The notes under the pieces: generated by a model
Database searches by the model: none
Seen by the model: the letters and a program-made list of their open reading frames with translations, nothing else
What the model was told of the DNA's origin: nothing
NCBI RefSeq assembly: GCF_009914755.1
Contig: NC_060931.1
Reading direction: 5' to 3' (one strand)
Source: the human T2T-CHM13v2.0 reference genome, Homo sapiens
Length of the DNA stretch: 64,000 bases
Program-made: the position numbers and the translations under genes
Part shown: positions 24,936-36,745 of the stretch, piece after piece
Layout: every line of letters starts with the position of its first letter
How positions within the stretch are numbered: the first letter of the stretch is position 1

Positions 24936-26141
24936 ATAACCCAATAAAAAATAGGCCAAAGATTTAAATAAGCACTCTATCAAAGATATACATTTGGCTA
25001 ATGAGCACATGAAATAACGATCAACACAATCAGTCATTAGAAATTTGCAAATTAATAGTACAACGAGATATCACTATGAACCTGTTTGACTAAAATTTAA
25101 AAAAAACAAAAGACTGACAATACCAACTGCCAGTGTGAACATGGAACATCTGAAACTCTCAAATACTGTGGTGCAAATGCAACATTGTACAGTCACTTTG
25201 GGAAATGGTTTGACAATTTCTTTATAAAACAAAACATGTACTTACTATATGATACAGTAATCATATTTCTTGGTGTTTAACCAAGTAAATTGATCCAAAA
25301 GACTGTATATTGTATAATATCATTTATATGACAACTTGAAAAAGCAAACATCTAAGAACAGAAATGAGATCAGAGATTTTCATGGATTCCAGTTGGCATG
25401 AGCACTAGGGAATCACAAGGAAATGTGGGTTAATGGAATTGGTTCTGCGTGATTATGTGGCAGTGGATACATGACTCAATGCATTTGTTCAAACCCATAG
25501 AACTGTACACCACAAAGAGTGAATAGTGTTGTATGCAAATGAATAAAGTCAACCCAGATGTCTGTGGAGCCCAAGACGAAATACAGACTGTTTCGAATGA
25601 ATCTAACTGTATTTTGAACGCATGACAGAACTACTCTAAAGGAGAGAGGGGAGAAAGGAGCTGAACTAAATAAATTTGTAACTCAGTGTTTTCGCCAGAT
25701 AGCGTCAGTTAAAGATAAAAATAACTATCTACATATACACAAACAAACACACCCAGAAACAAAAGAAAATATAGGGACAGAGTTAATAGCATTGCTCAGC
25801 TCTCAGTCTGTTGCACTTTCTATGGGGGCCCACTGCCTAAGTCATTTTCTTTTTAATCTCAGTTCTCAGTTAAGTTTTCGAAAATTATAACAAAAAGTTC
25901 ACTTTTGACAACATAGATGTTGTAATCATGAAGTTGCTTTATGATCTTTATTTGCTTGGAAGTATAATGTTGTTCTCAGGCTCCCAAATCTAAAATATCT
26001 CTAATAACAAAAATGCATTTGTCAGCAGTGTTGTCTCCCTTGAAACAGCTCAAGAAGCAGCTTCTTTTCTATGTGTTTTATAAAATGTTCCATCTGGATT
26101 TCATGAACAGAAAGGTCCACTCCAGCCACAAAACTGGATAG

Positions 26142-26545
<404 letters not shown>

Positions 26546-26874
26546 TGATTAATATACTGCTCAGTTTCCCAGAATCTCAAATATCATCCACCTCAGCTTC
26601 TTGTACTGAAATGACAACACCTGCATCTTAAGGGAATGCCATTGTTGTATATGCCATTATTATTTTCTAAAAGGCTTATGCTTTGTTATTTTCAGTGACT
26701 TTGGTCTTCTGTGTCATTAAATACACAACTACTTGAGCAATTTGTTACTGGCTAAGAAAGTATTCCTTGCCCCTTTTAGCCTGTCTTTTTCCCATATCCA
26801 ATGTAATGTTCCACACACTCAATTCTGCTGCTTCTTTCTTCTTATTTTGATTTACAGACAATCTTAGGATCAAC

Positions 26875-27135
26875 TTTTATTTATTTTCTTCTTTATTGTA
26901 TAAATTTAAAATGTACAACAGCATGTTTTGATATATATGTGTGTGTATATATATATATATATCCATGATGTGTATATATATATATATATATATACATAAT
27001 TAAATGACTGTTATAGGTAAGCAATTTAACATGCACATCTCACAGTTTCCTTCTTTTTTTTACCCCATTGCAATTAAAACACCTAAAATCTACTCCCATA
27101 GACTGTTTCAAGTATATAATACAATGTTACTAAAT
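26875..27135 (-). mobile_element. L1MA 3'-end fragment containing (TA)n tracts
   Basis: TTTATTGTATAAATTTAAAATGTACAAC...CACCTAAAATCTACTC...TATAATACAATGTTACTAA; (TA)n at about 26931-26994. Confidence 0.7.
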
Positions 27136-27846
27136 CAATATATAACTCTATTCTGCTTCTTGACTGAGTACTTTGTCTAACTTATCAAATGAGTGTGTTC
27201 TCTTTAGCAATTATTTGCCATATGATTACTATTATTATTATTATTATTATTCATTATTCATCTTGTATTGGCTGAACTTCCTGCTTTCTGCATAAGATCG
27301 GCTTTTTCTTGATTTTGAACTATTCACAAAAGCCTCCTGAAATATACTTTCACCAAATGCTAAAATAAATTTTGTTATAAATTCTTTTTCTCCTCTAGAG
27401 GATTGCAAAACTACCAGTTTGAAAAAAGTTCAACTGGCACTGGCTTTGTACATATGATGCTGTTGATTTGACAGAGATGATGATAAAGGTAGTTGCTCAG
27501 GAGCTAATTTGATTGTGTTCTGACTGCCGTTTCACTGCATCGGGGCTTCATTTTCTTTAGCAAAAAAATGTGTTATTCTTTTGCTAATGATCTTAGGGAA
27601 AAATCGCATAATCTCCTACTAGGTTACCTGAGAAGATGATTGGAGGAATTACATCTAGAAAATTCTTAGATAAATGCAAGTGATTCCAAAACTTTTTTGT
27701 CTAATTTAGGATTTCTAAATACGTGTATATGAGAACAATAGAGATATTCATTAAAATGAAATCAAACAAAACAAAAATTGGGCAATGAAAACATGTTTTT
27801 CAAGGATGGACTAATTCTCTTACAAGGCATAGTCTACAGCACTTCC

Positions 27847-28590
27847 TGTGGTAGGCAAAATAATGACCACCCAAAGATGTCCATGCCCTGATCCCTGGAA
27901 CCTATGACTATGTTACATGGCAAAAGGGACTTTGCACATGGAATTAAGATTAATAATCAATCAGCTGATCTTAAAGTAGAGAGATTATCTAGGCGAGTAC
28001 AATGTAATCATGTGGACCCTTAAAAGTGGAAGAAGAAGGCAAAAATGTCAGTGAGAAAGAGATGCAGCAGAAGATAAATCAGGAAAGATGAGGCTCCAGA
28101 AGGATCCCATTCAGCTGCCACAGTGTTCACCTGTAATCTCAGCTGCCTGGGAGGCTAAGGGAAGAGGATGCCTTGAGCCCAGGAACTTGCAACTGCTGGT
28201 GAAGCTACTATCACGTCACTGCACATGAACCCGGTAGGTGAAGGTTGCAGTGAGCTGAGATTGTGCCACTTGAAAGAATGACTTTCAAGGACTGGAGAAA
28301 GACGTCTAGGACCTAAAGATATATCTGAGCTGACAGCCAACAAGGAATCTCAGTCCTGCAACCACATGGAACTGAATTCTGCAAATAACCTGTATGTCCC
28401 TGGAACAGCGTTTAAAATGGAAATTGGCTCTCCCTGCCAATTTGATTTTAGCCTTGTGATATTTAGAGCAGACAAACCAGTCAATCCCACTGGATTTCTA
28501 ACCAACAGAACTATGAGATTAAAAAAATATGTTATCTCAAATTGCCAAGTTTGGAGTAATTTGTTTCAGCAGAAATAGACATCGAACACA
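27847..28590 (+). mobile_element. MLT1D/E-like MaLR LTR with embedded Alu fragments
   Basis: TGTGGTAGGCAAAATAATGACCACCCAAAGATGTCCATGCCCTGATCCCTGGAACC...GGCAAAAGGGACTTTGCA ... AATTTGTTTCAGCAGAAATAG. Confidence 0.85.
28113..28270 (+). mobile_element. Tail-less chimeric Alu fragment (FRAM/AluJ-type arm fused to an AluS-type arm piece)
   Basis: CCTGTAATCTCAGCT...GGATGCCTTGAGCCCAGGA...CACTGCAC followed directly by TGAACCCGGTAGGTGAAGGTTGCAGTGAGCTGAGATTGTGCCACT. Confidence 0.75.
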
Positions 28591-28714
28591 CCTAGTAGTT
28601 CTGCAGCACTGGGCAAAAAAGTGCTTAGGAGAGCTATAGAAAACAGAATCCTGGACTAGAAATCCCTTCCTGACTTACATTTTTACTTTTCAATTTTTGA
28701 ATGTAAATCTCAGT

Positions 28715-29020
28715 TACTACTAATGGGTACAAAAATACAGTTAGATAAAAGAAATAAGATCTAGTTTTCATTATCACAATAGGGCAACAATAATTAACAA
28801 TCTTTTTTTGTATTTCAAAATAACTAGAGGAGTATATTTAGAATGTCCACAACACAAAGAAATGATAAATGTTTGAGGCAGTGAATATCTCAATTACCCA
28901 GATTTGATCATTACATATTGTACACTTGTATCAAAATACCACATGTGCCCCATAAATATATACAACTGTTATGTATCCATAAAAATAATAAAAAAATAAA
29001 TAAATAAAAAATAAAAAGTG
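28715..29020 (+). mobile_element. L1MA 3' end with A-rich tail
   Basis: AATGGGTACAAAAATACAGTTAGATA...CACAAAGAAATGATAAATGTTTGAGG...CCCATAAATATATAC; degenerate TSD TGTAAATCTCAGT / TGTAAAAATCTTAGT. Confidence 0.88.
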
Positions 29021-29321
29021 AAAAATTGTAAAAATCTTAGTAATAACAACTTTCAATTAGTAAAGTCTTTCAATAAAATCTCAGTACAAACAACTGTTAA
29101 ATAAACAATACATGCCAGATATAAATTCTAAGATAAATGGAGTATATTCAGACTCTTGTTTTATTCAATGAAAATGTCTTGGCTCTGTGACATATTATTG
29201 AAATTATGTGGCATTTCTGAGACATATTCATTCTGAGATATATTCATTTTCTTCTGCTTTTTCTATTAATCCCGGAATGTCTTAAAATGGAAGAAGCAGA
29301 TGTCTGTCAAAGACTACTTGG

Positions 29322-29619
29322 GGCTTAGGTGCGGCGACGTCTCAAGCCTGTAATCCCAGCACTTTGGGAGGCCAATAGGGGGCAGATCTCCTGAGGTCAG
29401 GAGTTTGAGACCAGCCTGACCAACATGGTGAAACCCTGTCTCTACTAAAAATACAAAATTAGCCAGGCATGGTGGTGCACACCTGTAATTCTAGCTACTC
29501 AGGAGCCCGAGACAGGAGAATCACTTGAACCCAGGAGGCGGAGGTTGCAGTGAGCTGAGATCACACCACTGCACCCCAGCCTGCGCAACAGAGTGAGACT
29601 TCATGTCAAAAAAAAAAAA
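29322..29619 (+). mobile_element. AluSx-like
   Basis: Full Alu; TSD GACTACTTGG(GG) at 29312 and 29621. Confidence 0.95.
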
Positions 29620-29711
29620 TGACTACTTGGGGAATCTTTATCACAGACATCATGGATCATGGGATGGGACACTGGATAGGTTTCAATCACTGTCTTCATC
29701 CAGTTATACTC

Positions 29712-30005
29712 TTTTATGTTTTGAGACGGAGTTTCGCTCTTGTTGCCCAGGCTGGAGTGCAGTGGCACGATCTCGGTTCACTGCAATTCCTCCTCCCGGG
29801 TTCAAGCGATTTGCCTGCTTCAGCCTCCTGAGTAGCTGGATTACAGGCGCTTGTCACCACACCCGGCTAATTTTTTTGTAGTTTTAGTAGAGGCGGGGTT
29901 TCACCATATTGGTCAGGCTGGTCTCAAACTGCTGACCTCAGGTGATCCACCCTTCTCGGCCTCCCAAAGTGCTGGGATTACAGTCGTGAGCCACCGTGCC
30001 TGGCC
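29712..30005 (-). mobile_element. AluSq/Sp-like
   Basis: GAGTTTCGCTCTTGTTGCCCAGG...GACCTCAGGTGATCC...CGTGCCTGGCC. Confidence 0.95.
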
Positions 30006-30511
30006 CCAGGTATGCTTTTATTAGTATTATTGCTGCACATTTCCAAAAGTTCTATTTTACTTTACTATTTGACTGGTTACATAAGAATTCTGAATCGGTG
30101 AAATTTTAACATTTCTATTTTAACAACTATCAAAGCAGGAGACCTCCAAAGGTCTGTCTGGGCAGCCATTGCACAGCCTAAGGCCATCATTTGAAAGTAA
30201 ATACACCACAGATAGAACCCTCATTCCAGTCTATGAATTCTGGAAAATTTTTCAATGCATCTTTTTTTTAACAGAACTGAGTATAAGTGGGGCTCTACAC
30301 ACACACAAAAAGACTTAACAAAAAAGCTGTAAAGCAAGCCTTTTGTGTATTTAACTAAAAAGAAAATAAAAAACAAAATAATATTTAAAAACGATTTTCT
30401 TCTCAAAACTTCCTTTCTCTTTCTAAGGTGGCAGAAAGTTTCTCGAAGTTTAGACCTTAGCACAGAGACAGTGGTCTACAGTGTTTGGTTTGAGGATTCC
30501 ATCCTCAATCG

Positions 30512-30580
30512 GCCAGCACAGTAGTCCCCATTCAGCCAGCACAGTAGTCCTCACTTAGCCAGCACAGTAGTCCTGAATTT
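30512..30580. repeat. 23-bp tandem repeat x3
   Basis: GCCAGCACAGTAGTCC at 30512, 30535 and 30558. Confidence 0.92.
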
Positions 30581-31397
30581 AGTTCCTTGCTTTGATACAC
30601 AAGAGATTTAGGTTTAATCTCTCAAATCCATTTTCCACTCCAGAGCTGGCCAAAGCTGAGGAAGTCAACAGATTCAATCTCTCAGATTCTAGGGTGAGAA
30701 AGTTTGAGTCATATATGACTTTTCATTGACCCCACTACCCATAGAGGGATGGTCCTATAGTTGTCTGGGAATTGTATTACACGGTTTAAAGAGAACTGAC
30801 AGCTCTCTGAGCAGATCCTCTCACTCACAGGAAGTTGTTATTTAAACATGAAAATCTTCCCTAACCATGCCCAACCTTTTCAAATGCGAGAAAGGCCTTG
30901 GAATTCTACTATAACAGTAGTTTAAAAAATAGCCTACACCTTGCTGTTATAAATGTACCCTTTACACTGCTTCTCATAGTGTTTTCATCCACTTTTTAAT
31001 AACGTTGTACCTAGAAATGTAAAACGGTTGAAACTCTTAGTTATTTTCTGCATAGACTTAGCCCTTAAAATCTAAAGGAAAGGACCGTTTTTGTAGGTTC
31101 AGAGTTAGTCCAGCTAAATTATCAAGGCTTCTCCCCAGTGTTTAGTCTCCTGCTAATGCTCTGACAGTGTTGATGGCCCATAGTGATGTTGACAGGCCAC
31201 AGAACAGTTCAAATGCAAATGTTTATTTCCATCCAAAGCACCCATATGGATAGGTACAATGAGAAAGTGTTTTTCCCAGAGAATATATAATTGCGACATA
31301 ATCAAAATATTTCAGGTGACAGAAACACAAAGTCAGACAAAAAGCTTTGATCTTGAGAGCAAAATATAGACTATATAAAACAGAATAAAATGTCTTT

Positions 31398-31701
31398 TTT
31401 TGATATTTTTTCCATGTGGGGGTTTAATCTATTTTTTTTAATTATTATACTTTAAGTTTTAGGGTACATGTGCACAATGTGCAGGTTAGTTACATATGTA
31501 TACATGTGCCATGCTGGTGTGCTACACCCATTAACTCATCATTTAGCATTAGGTATATCTTCTAATGCTATCCCTCCCCCCTCCCCCCACCCCACAACAG
31601 TCCCCGGAGTGTGATGTTCCCCTTCCTGTGTCCATGTGTTCTCATTGTTCAATTCCCACCTATGAATGAGAACATGTGGTGTTTGGTTTTTTGTCCTTGT
31701 G
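31398..31701 (-). mobile_element. 5'-truncated L1PA (PA3/4-like) with a 30-bp 3' transduction
   Basis: ATTATACTTTAAGTTTTAGGGTACATGTGCAC...CCCTCCCCCCACCCC 3'UTR (31432-31701); TSD AAAATGTCTTT at 31387-31397 and 31702-31712 also encloses 31402-31431. Confidence 0.9.
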
Positions 31702-32149
31702 AAAATGTCTTTAATGGAAACAAAGGCGTAGCTTTGAATGCAAGAGCTGAATAATATGGTTGCAGGTTGTTTGCCCAGAATGAGCATGGTAAAATTAAAG
31801 TGAAATATCTGTTCATGTAAAACAATCAGAGAAGGCTACACACTTTTTTCCCCTAGCCCTATTATAGAATATCACATTTTATATCTTTGCACCTGGCAAG
31901 AATGAACACTTCCTAGTGAAGCATGCCATCTTGTGGCAAATCTACTAATACAATATACTATGCAACGTTATTAATAAAGCTCAAGATTTAGAGTATATTT
32001 GAAATTTTAATGGTGCATTAAAACATGTATAATAAAATCCTGTTTATTCAGAATATTTGAGTAACTGGATGTCCTTGTCAACATTTTAAGTAGCTTAGAG
32101 ATACCACAGATATTAATATTTATATCTATATGGTACTTTTCAAGGCACT

Positions 32150-32400
32150 GGAAGTTAACAGTGCAAGTTCTGGAGATGGAGTGTCTAGATTCAAACCACA
32201 GCTCAATCATTTTCTAGCTGTACAAGCTTGGGTAAATTAGTTTTTCTTAGGATGCTTCCATTTTCTTACATGCAAAATGGGGATAATTTTAGTAACTACA
32301 TAAGGTTGAGATGATAAATGCGGCATGTAACAAATTCAGGACAGTGCAAGGCAAAGCTAATCTCTCCTTATATGTGGTAATTATTAATGTTATTATTATC
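32150..32400 (+). mobile_element. MIR SINE
   Basis: GATTCAAACCACAGCTC...CTAGCTGT..CTTGGGTAAATTA...CAAAATGGGGATAAT. Confidence 0.75.
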
Positions 32401-32499
32401 TGTGCCCTAAATTATCTGGGATAGTTATTATAAATGATCTTCATATTGTGAATTAGTGTGCAAGGTTTTTATTTAGAGACTCTGAAGAAAAATATGCAG

Positions 32500-32765
32500 A
32501 TAACAATAATATTTAAACAGCTCTAATGGTTCAGAGGCTCCCAGACATTCCTCCAAGCACTTCCCACATAGGAATTTATTTCATCCACACAACAATCCTG
32601 CAAAGTAGGTGTGATTATCATCCTAGTTTATCAGTAAGAAAATATAAGCATAGAGAACTGAAGTAACTTTTTGAACGTCCACTTAGCTATAATATTAGAG
32701 CCAAGATTTAAACACAGATAATCTGGCACTGTAGCTTATCCTCTTAATATCTTAACCACATATTG
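32500..32765 (-). mobile_element. MIR SINE
   Basis: CACAACAATCCTGCAAAGTAGG..ATTATCATCC...GAAGTAACTT...GAGCCAAGATTTAAACACAG. Confidence 0.7.
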
Positions 32766-35707
32766 TCTCCTGATATAACTTATATTTGGGTAACAAGTAA
32801 ATATTAGAGAGACACTTAAAGGGCATAAAAATTACTAAATTCTTCCAGAAGTACCAGGTTCTTTAAATCTTGTATATTCCATTCCCACATGGGGCCTCCC
32901 TTCTGTATTATCATCTATTCTTTCCTTATTTGATGTTGCTAGACTGTATTTTCAAAATGAATTATTTAAAGGTTTCCTATTACTTTAATTTCCAATTTGA
33001 ACAATCTAATAATGTATTATGTGTCTGTTTTCTTTTCCTTCTCAGAACATTAAACAAAAATAATAGTTTTTCAACTTTTTTAAAAATACTACATCAGCAA
33101 AAACCTTCATTCAAATTTTTCACATTAGACAGTTAATAAATATGTATTGAATAATTTATAATTGAGTAAATGAATGAATACTATATTACTTTATCAAATC
33201 AACAACAATATGAAAACCACTACGTATTTAAATAACATCTGAAGGTTCTAAAAGCATGTGCACCATCTTCTCATCTCATTCTCTTAGTGGCACTGAAAGG
33301 TTAGCAGAGAAATTAGAATTATCTGTACTTCACAGCTAAGAAAGGACAGTGAAGGCTGTTTGCTTTGTTCATGGTAGTCACAAGGCCAAACCAGGGGAAA
33401 ATTAGAAGTGAAATGTCAGAGCATACATTCAAAATCATAGTGCAAGACAGTAACTTTATGTTTATCATTATTTCTATTGCAAAATAATAATTCCTTATCA
33501 GTGTGTTTGGGAAGTAAGGTGTTGCTAAACAGCTGTTTTCCAACTTTGTTTTGTTGTTGGGGAAATGCTTTTTTTCTGTTCTATTTTATCTTGTATTTTC
33601 CTTTTATATGAGAAAAGTCTGCAAAACCCATTCTTCCCTTTCAAAAGAAAAAACAAGTCCCTCAGGAAGGAATTAAAAAAAAAAAAAAAAAAAAGAGTCT
33701 CAGAATGGCCCTTCAAAGTTTGCCTTGAGAGGAAATTGAAAAGTGGGTGGTTAAAGGAGAGTAAATTTTACATTTCCAAACACAGGTCACTTTTATCTTT
33801 TTACATTATGTTTTGATCTACAGTGATACTTTAAGAATATACAGAAAAAATGGCTTGTGTGACTGATGTATCAATTACCACAAGGGAATGAACTTTAATG
33901 TTACCAGAAGTTCCAAACAGTGGAATGACTGTGTGAAAAGAAAGGGAGGTTTATACATTGGTTCTAAAGAAAGAAAATAACGGGAGAGAATTCCTAAGGT
34001 ACACTAACTGATGTCAGGATCTCATATAATGTGGAGGTACAGTTGGATATTTCTTGAGATTAGTAAGATTTTCTTCATGCCATTCCTGAATGAAAGATGG
34101 AATCAGATCAAGCTGTCGTTTTTATTAATAATGGGTGTATATCTGAACACTTTCTCTTTGACAGGGACTCTTTTGTGGCCTTACTTTATTTTTCTGCATT
34201 CTAGCTTTGACCTAAATGTCTCCCCTTCATACTTAGCATCTTTTCTGATGACTGAATGGGACCTCGTAACAGCTCAATTCACTACGTGGGAAATGTTGGC
34301 CAATTTTGGAGGGCTTTACGTTACTAAATACAATCCTGGAAACTTTAAGCATTTGAAAAGTCTTTTAAAATGATTACTTACTATTTGGATAGGATACAAA
34401 AGTGCCACACATTTCTCACCTCTTCATGAGAAGGACAGACATTAAAATTTAACAAATATTGTTTTTGTGTTTTCTTCCATGATAGAGATAAATGAAAAAA
34501 ATTAATGATTTATAAATGCTTATTAGCATTGTTCATGAAATCTTTCTAGTAACAGTTCTAATAATCTCTACCCCATGCCTCTTCAATTTCAGATAAAATT
34601 TTACCAAGAGATAATATTTTAGTATGCAGTTAGACTTTCATAAATATGTTATTTAAAATTTATGTTTTCCAATAATTTCACTCTAACTGCTGTCAACTGA
34701 CATTTTTTGACTATAGAAGTAAGTAGAATTATCTTCTTGAACATTTCTGTTGGTTTACTTCTGCATTGACAGTTTCTATACCTGTTTGGAAAAGTGGCAG
34801 ATAAACCAGTTTACTAAAGAGTTCAGTTAACATTCAGCATATACTGATGGTCAAAAAATTAAATGTTTTAAGGGGAAAAAGGCACAGCTTTTCTGATATA
34901 TTGTTTCTTACAAATGAACTAAGTAATATGTTCTGCAAATGGGTAGAATTAAGATAACAGCTCTCATGTGTCCAAATATACTTCACTCAAAAAATGATAT
35001 TATAATTTTCCACTGTTCAGTTTTCATGTTTGTATACTGGAACCAGTAGAGCTATATATTACTTACAGATCACGAAAGCCAAAGGAACACATACTTGCAT
35101 TTGGTGTGCTTCCAGTGCAAAATGCCTTTGCACTGGAGGAGTTCACACAGAATTGCACAGTATTCATCGGCTCACAAAAATGTAATGTGCCAAATCAGCA
35201 TAGAAATATCTTGCCAAGACGAACTCAAGACAAAATGTTAGAATGTTTAGTGTGAAACTAAATATTTCAAATATTTTTTTCATGAGCAAAGCAACATCTG
35301 TAATTGGAAACTGTATCATCACTGATGATACAAAATGAAAGGATTAAAAAATAAAAGTTTACATTGTTTTAAAATACTATTAACTCAATTAATTAGAGTT
35401 AGTAATTCCAAGTGGCTAATGTGGAGATTATTTCCCTTCCTTCTTTCTTTTTTGCTTATTTCATTTGTTTTTGTTTGTTTGTTTTTGGAATACTACTTTA
35501 AAATATCCTAGGCATACAGACCTTTCTTTTTTTCACTGATTAAAAGTCATTATTACACAAATACATATTTTGCAATCAACTACATCCCAACTTGCTTTCA
35601 GATTTTCTTCTAGCTAGTCTTATATGAGGATCTGTGCAACTGCTCTCCTCCAGTGGAAGTGGACAAAAATAAAATTAAAAATCAACAAACAGCAACAGAA
35701 TAAAGGA

Positions 35708-36387
35708 TGAAATTGTATGTGTCAACATGACTGGGTCAAGGGATGCTCAGATAACTGGTAAAATATTATTTCTAGGTGTGTCTGTTGAGGTATTTCCAGA
35801 AAAGATTAGCATTTAAATCAGTATACTGAGTAAAAAAGACCTGCCTACACTAATGTGGGCAGGTTGAGGTCCTGGATAAAACCAAAAGGTGGAAGAAGAA
35901 AGAAATTTCCCTAACACTCCTGAGCTGCAACATTCATCTTCAGCTCTCAGGTATCAGAGCTCCCCACCAATGCACATGTCTTTCCACATCCCCTTCCAGT
36001 TTTTAGGCCTTGGGTCTCAAACAGAGAATTACACCATTGGGTCCCCTGGTTCTCAGGCCTATGGACTCAGACTGAATTACGCCACTGGCTATCATGGCTA
36101 TCCAGCTTGCCTATTGCGAGACTTCTTGGCCTCCATAATTGTGTGAACCAATTTCAATAATAAATGACCTCTCCTCTATCTATCTCTCTATCTTATCTAT
36201 ACTATGGACTCAGACTGAATTACGCCACTGGCTATCATGGCTATCCAGCTTGCCTATTGTGAGACTTCTTGGCCTCCATAATTGTGTGAACCAATTTCAA
36301 TAATAAATGACCTCTCCTCTATCTATCTCTCTATCTTATCTATATATCCTATTGGTTCTGTTTCTCTGGAGAACCCTAATTTAAACA
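35708..36387 (+). mobile_element. MLT2B-like ERVL LTR with 143-bp tandem duplication
   Basis: TATGTGTCAACATGACTGGG...TCTAGGTGTGTCTGT...ATTAGCATTTAAATCAGTA ... CCTATTGGTTCTGTTTCTCTGGAGAACCCT. Confidence 0.88.
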
Positions 36388-36558
36388 TCTGATTGTGGAC
36401 CAACCACATCGTCTCTGAAGGATCAAAAGTCACCCTTGTACATAAAGTAAATCATCAAATCTTTGTCATATAAATCAGGATGTCTTTAAATATCTACAAA
36501 AAGGTATATGTAAAACACTAAGAACTACAAAATAGATTTGATTGATTAAAATCTTTAT

Positions 36559-36745
36559 CAGTGGTTCTCAAAACATAGTCCTTGGAAAAAAAGCATGAGT
36601 ATCACTTGAAAGCACTTTAAAAATGCAAATTTTCTAGACTCCTATCAAACCCACTGAATCAGAAGCTTGTGGGCAGAAACCAGAAATCTGTGTTTTATCC
36701 AATCACCTAGGTAATTCTCAGATACATTAAAGATTGAGAACTTCT
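36559..36745. mobile_element. MER5A hAT-Charlie element
   Basis: CAGTGGTTCTCAAA ... ACTGAATCAGAA...AATCTGTGTTTTA...TTGAGAAC terminal inverted repeats. Confidence 0.8.

Larger units (their letters stand above)
18060..25760 (+). mobile_element. Near full-length ancient L1M (L1M4-type 5' region, L1MC/MD-type 3' end) with nested Alu, MER52 and L1MA insertions
   Basis: In order: 5'UTR-like GC-richer block (18060-19100), ORF1 remnants (19260-19990; CCACAGACCCAAGAAGCTCAGAGA), ORF2 remnants (20400-25300; AAACTCCAGGC..GATGAATTCTAC), L1MC-type 3'UTR (AAACCCATAGAACTGTACACCACAAAGAGTGAA). Confidence 0.8.

Noticed and set aside
30512-30580. Constant repeat with variable linkers, superficially CRISPR-like
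   Set aside because: Primate DNA, only 16-bp repeats with 7-nt mutually similar linkers and no cas genes; an ordinary tandem repeat
32150-32765. Inverted MIR pair as a dsRNA hairpin
   Set aside because: Copies too diverged from each other for stable long-range pairing
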